A stretch of DNA of 64,000 bases from contig JBEUKZ010000010.1 of assembly GCA_048128005.1 (NCBI GenBank), forward strand, positions 1-64,000. The letters run 5' to 3'. Under the pieces are notes generated by a model. The model saw only the letters and a list, made by a program, of their open reading frames with translations, was not told the origin of the DNA and did no database searches. Shown here in pieces: positions 59,441-64,000 of this stretch; the stretch's first letter is position 1; each line of letters opens with the position of its first letter. Source of the DNA: Veleropilina oligotropha. Lineage: Eukaryota. The position numbers and the translations under genes are program-made.

Positions 59441-60287
59441 CGTCAGAAGATGCCACGTTTACGGGGGCTTGAACAAGCAAATCAATAATGAGAATGATGA
59501 AATATCGCTTAAAACCATAAATTGTGACATCGATATTTCGGGATAGTATAACTGGTATCTCCGTACGTATACATAAATTCATAATTATCATGAATAAATA
59601 TTTACTGTGTTCTTGAACGTAATTTAATAAGAGTTTTGGGTGTAGACTGTTCCCGAGAATTTGCGCGTAAACAGAGATAGTTAGGATATACATATATATA
59701 TATGATGCATGTTTATTTCATAATATAAAAGGTACGTTCATCCGGATTCAATTAATATATTATTATAAATATATACCGGTACTAGTAAATAATAGAGTTA
59801 GCTGTTTCTCTGTCCGGCTTGAAATGCGAGGCGTTTAATATTCATGAAAATTCACGAAACTAACACACCACTTGGGATTAATTTATTGAGATTAATGTGT
59901 CATATTCTTTAATTTGGCGCCTGTGACATCGTCCTCTGTTAAAATTGTTTCTTTCAAAATTTCATTCACTTACGTGTTATCCAAATTGAAACGCAATAGC
60001 GTATAAATGCTTATTATTCAAAGGAAATGCACGCACATGAACAATTCTTTCCAATGTACTTTATTTTAAAATGCACATGCATGAACATTAATCTTTCAAA
60101 TTAAGAAAGCAGCAGATTTTTATCGCTTCATTTCTTCCATGGATCATCTATATATATATATACTTGGTACATAATAGTGTATTTTGTTGACATACAATAA
60201 TACTCTCACATATCTTGTATAAATTGCATCTGCGAACATCATGCATCTGGTTAAACCATGATGACGAATCTGTATACCTCATTCCAG

Positions 60288-60624
60288 GTGTTTCTGGTGT
60301 ACATATACCTGATGTCACTGGTCATTCTCATCTACTTTCAACTCGGCCTCCTAAGAGGCGTCACAAAAGACGACTATTATCGTCGAAATGTGACCATGTC
60401 TCTTCGACGGAGTACGGAAAATTTACCAAAATCTTCGACGCCTGATATTGATCACACGATTAATGGGGATGACCATCCGTCGATGGAGCCCAACAACAGG
60501 GCGATCCCCGAGAGAACGTCTCTTGGCTCCAACGACAGCTATCGTAGCCTGATGGAGCCCCACCGTGGGGGCGTAGCACATTCGGGAGAAGGCGTCAACT
60601 TCTATCTGCGCCTAGGTGCCTTAG
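60288..60624 (+). CDS. Otopetrin-family proton channel, exon
   Basis: ttccag|GTG ... TTAG|gtacga. VFLVYIYLMSLVILIYFQ...HSGEGVNFYLRLGAL matches the otopetrin 'FYLRxGA' motif. Confidence 0.85.
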
Positions 60625-60899
60625 GTACGAGATAATATCATGTACATGTACTAGTATTTGAATATATTCAAATGAAACGAGTGTTGCAGCAAGAGCTGTT
60701 GTTTTGTTATGGTAATTCATTCGATTTGTTGTTCAACAGCCAATTGATCATCCCGTTTCCATGAATCGCAAATACTGGATTCATAAAAGAATTGATGTAA
60801 TGTTACATTTAACACCAAAAGCTTCACCGTCATTTCAGGGCATGTCCATGTTGTGGCGTGGGAAAAGCTCACCCACACCTTCCAGTTAGGAATAACTAT

Positions 60900-61560
60900 A
60901 ATTATTTTCATTTCGCGAAATCCGCGACGTCTGATTGGTCAAAATGACGTCACGTGAAGTTTAACAAATTATCATGTCAAACTCGACGTTTTCGTATCAA
61001 ACTATACGTCATTCCCTTCTGCGGGAGATAATCAATTATTTTCATTTCGCGAAATCCGCGACTTCTGATTGGTCAAAATGACGTCACGTGGAGTTTGGCA
61101 AATACTCGTCTCAAACTCGACGTTTTCGTATCAAATTACACGTCGTCTGCTAGACGTCATTCGCTTCTGCGGGAGATAATCAAGTGTTTTCAAGTATTTC
61201 TTTGAGATTCAACAAAAACGTCGAGTTTGACATGATAATTTGTTAAACTTCATGAATGTATATGACTACACTATTCTTCAGCTTTTCAAATATTCAGGTT
61301 ATTTTGCGCTTAGCATAACCCGTAAGGTGAAATTTAACATGACGTTATTCATTGCTTAGTCATTGTTCAGCATTGACAGGCATATAAAGTAAGTTTTTTT
61401 TAAATAAAATGAAAATAAAAAGTTACCCTGTGGCGTCTCGTTTGATACGTACGTTTATCCTGTTCGCTATTCAAATATCACACTCGACTTCGTCTTGTGT
61501 GATATTTTCAAAGCTCACAGGATAAACGTACGTCTCAAACTCGCCGCCCCAGGATAACTT
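60900..61560 (+). repeat. Hairpin-ended non-autonomous element (family B) with internal duplications
   Basis: ttattttcattt...aaatgaaaataa subterminal inverted repeat, duplicated ctgattggtcaaaatgacgtca block and terminal palindrome 61421-61559. A second 3' copy follows at ~61560-62395. Confidence 0.7.
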
Positions 61561-61814
61561 TAAGTGTTTACAAATATTTCTTTGCGATTCAATCATATAC
61601 ATGAATGTATATGACTAAACTATCAAGATTATTTTGCGCTTAGAATAATCCGTAAGGTGCAATTTAACATGACATTTATATATTCATTGCTTAGTCGTTG
61701 TTCATCAATGATAGGCTTATAAAGTTAGATTTTTTTTAAATAAAATGAAAATAAAAATGTTACCCTGCGGCTTCTCGTTTGATACGTACGTTTATCCTGT
61801 TCGCTATGACAATA

Positions 61815-62327
61815 TCAATCAAATCAATCAATCAAATCAAATTTATTTTGCCAAGTAATACAATGTCTGTACATATTATGCATATGACTAATATACAGTA
61901 TACTATTGTATATGAAATATAATATGTATTAAAGTTTTATAATAGTATAGTTAAGAAGATATGTACATACATTGATCATGGCTGGGAGATCTTTTGAAAC
62001 CCAAAGGGCTTATTAGTAGACCACCCAGGTGTAGCTGTTTAAATATTATTAGTAATTATATTTTTAAGGAAATATTGTAACTAAACAAAATATTTAAAAT
62101 CAATAATGATGAAATTGTTATGTCACTGTAGATAGCCATTTAATAAAATCTTTTTGTAGTGGGTTCTGAATTGTGATAGTGATTGTGAGTTTCTAAGGGA
62201 CAAATCAAGACTATTCCATATACGTGGGCCATGATATTTCACTGTGTGATATCGTGCTGTGGTGCGACAGATTTCAATATGATACTTATCTTTATTTCTT
62301 GTATTATGATGATGTATATCATAATTT
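61815..62327 (-). mobile_element. 5'-truncated CR1/L2-type LINE 3' end
   Basis: Peptide HHHNTRNK...RTT...TVKYHGPRIWNSL...SLSQFRTHYKKILL, then AATAAA and an (ATTTG/ATTG)n tail on the minus strand. Confidence 0.8.
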
Positions 62328-62562
62328 GTCTCGTGTGATATTTTCAAAGCTCACAACATAAACGTGCGTATCAAACTCGCCGCCCCAGGATAACTATGAA
62401 TGTTATTACTCCACAAAGTACCGAGCCGAGAATTCGAACCCATTGCCATGAATTTGAACAGTAATTATCGCTCTTATCCATTCAACCCCCGAGCGACCAT
62501 GAGATTTTGATCTAGACATAATAATTATTATCAACCAATACCATACATCGTTATTCACATAG

Positions 62563-62723
62563 GGTTCAGTTTAGGAAGCGTGACCTTGGATGGATTTAAC
62601 ATTGCATCCTACTTCGAGACGCCGAACACGGAGACCTGTCGCAGCCTCATCTTCATCCTGGTGTATGGCATGCATCTGCTCTTCACGTTCGTGCAAACCT
62701 TCTTCCTCTTCAAGAATCATAAG
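62563..62723 (+). CDS. Otopetrin-family proton channel, exon (gene continues beyond the window)
   Basis: cacatag|GG ... AAG|gtatct. GFSLGSVTLDGFNIASYFE...C...HLLFTFVQTFFLFKNHK matches otopetrin 'FGxGS' and 'FTFxQxxFxF' motifs. The phase-1 junction fits. Confidence 0.88.
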
Positions 62724-64000
62724 GTATCTTAAGAAGACATGATCCGTTGGGATAAACTCAACGTTAATCAACATATCTTAGTAAAAGTGCACATTTGCTA
62801 GTATATAATAAGAAACATATTTTTAATTTTTAGCATCAGGGATACCATAAAACAAAACAATTAGCAAATATATGCATAATGTTATGTTTTTGGACATTCC
62901 ATCTTAACGTTGAACTAGTCGTATATATACATCTTTTCAGGTCCTCGATCGTTAAGCCGTAAATAATAATGCAGCTTATAGTCTACATAATAATTATTAT
63001 AAAAGACACATGGCGTTCAGTTATGCGGAAGATTTCTATATAGTTACAAGGCACCGCCGAAACCATACAAAACTTGGTGCGGTTCGACACTGACAGCATA
63101 GTCAATGTAGCAGAACATGTTTTCTCTGCAAATAACAACTTCCACAACCCGATCCAATATGAACAAGTTATGAAGAAATGATTGCATCCTTGAAAAAGTG
63201 GCTAATCTATCTGCCAGTGGATATTTTGTGTAACCAATACGAAAAACTGGTTTATCATCAAGAAACTATGCTTACAATGTTTTTCCTATACCCCAGCTGC
63301 ATTCCAAGACATTTCATATGCTCTTTACCAAAATAAGTCGTCTGCTTCAGTCAAATGGAAACAGATACTTGGAGCAAGCTAATCATAATATGACAGCCGG
63401 TGTTGAATGTTGCATCCGTCGCCGTACAGCATGTGTATGCAGACGACAACTCATCTGACCAAAAATAGATCATGCATCCAGCAAAATGTTTCCTTCTCGA
63501 CGTAAACATGACTTAGAGTTTATTTTTTACTAGTGTGTGTGCATGTTATGTTGGTACTCGACAATCCATGGTCTCTTTTCAAAATAAAGATAGTATATAT
63601 GATATAAAAGACGTACAAAAGAAATGTGTTTATATGTGGACGATGCTTCGTTAACACATAATCTTTTCGCTGTTAAATGATATAATTTTTACAAGGAATT
63701 TGTGCATGGTACCATAGGCGAAGCTGCCTGAACAAAATGCGCATGTATACCTGTTGATAGATATTCACGCATATTTAGTGAACGTGAACATCTGATCTGA
63801 GCTGCCGAATGGCTACCTGGATATTTAATGGAATTTCAATAGTCACTCGCATGGAGCAAAGTCTTCATTTCATATTATGATTTCCTTACTGTCGTCACCT
63901 ATCAAATGTTGACAAGTTTCATATCTACCACTGCTAGATAATATGAATGCATCCATAAGCCATATATATCGAAAGCATGTCACGTCAAAACTAGAAACAA

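Overview
Repeat-rich animal (invertebrate-like) genomic DNA with four parts. (1) Bases 1 to ~13.7 kb hold the right-hand part of a GC-rich, gene-dense endogenous Polinton-like virus with open reading frames. It encodes a minor and a major capsid protein, an A32-like packaging ATPase, several membrane proteins and an rve integrase. It also encodes an unusual 1284-aa replicase that fuses a divergent family-B polymerase core, an SF1B (RecD/Pif1-like) helicase and a C-terminal HNH-like domain. (2) Bases 27579-36105 are an 8.5-kb element that is one almost perfect palindrome. It has Polinton/Maverick ends (AGTAGT...ACTACT) and a 6-bp target-site duplication (TAAGGT). It carries only two mirrored copies of a small basic ORF and a zinc-finger/packaging-ATPase fusion, reading outward from a central GC minisatellite/(TA)20 core. 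It looks like a mobilised non-autonomous fold-back Polinton. (3) Host DNA with tRNA-SINEs, RTE and CR1/L2 LINE fragments, MITEs, HINE-like tandem-repeat elements and hairpin-ended repeats. (4) The first four coding exons of a host otopetrin-family proton channel gene (52803 to beyond 62723, + strand). All family calls come from motif recognition by eye, not from database searches.
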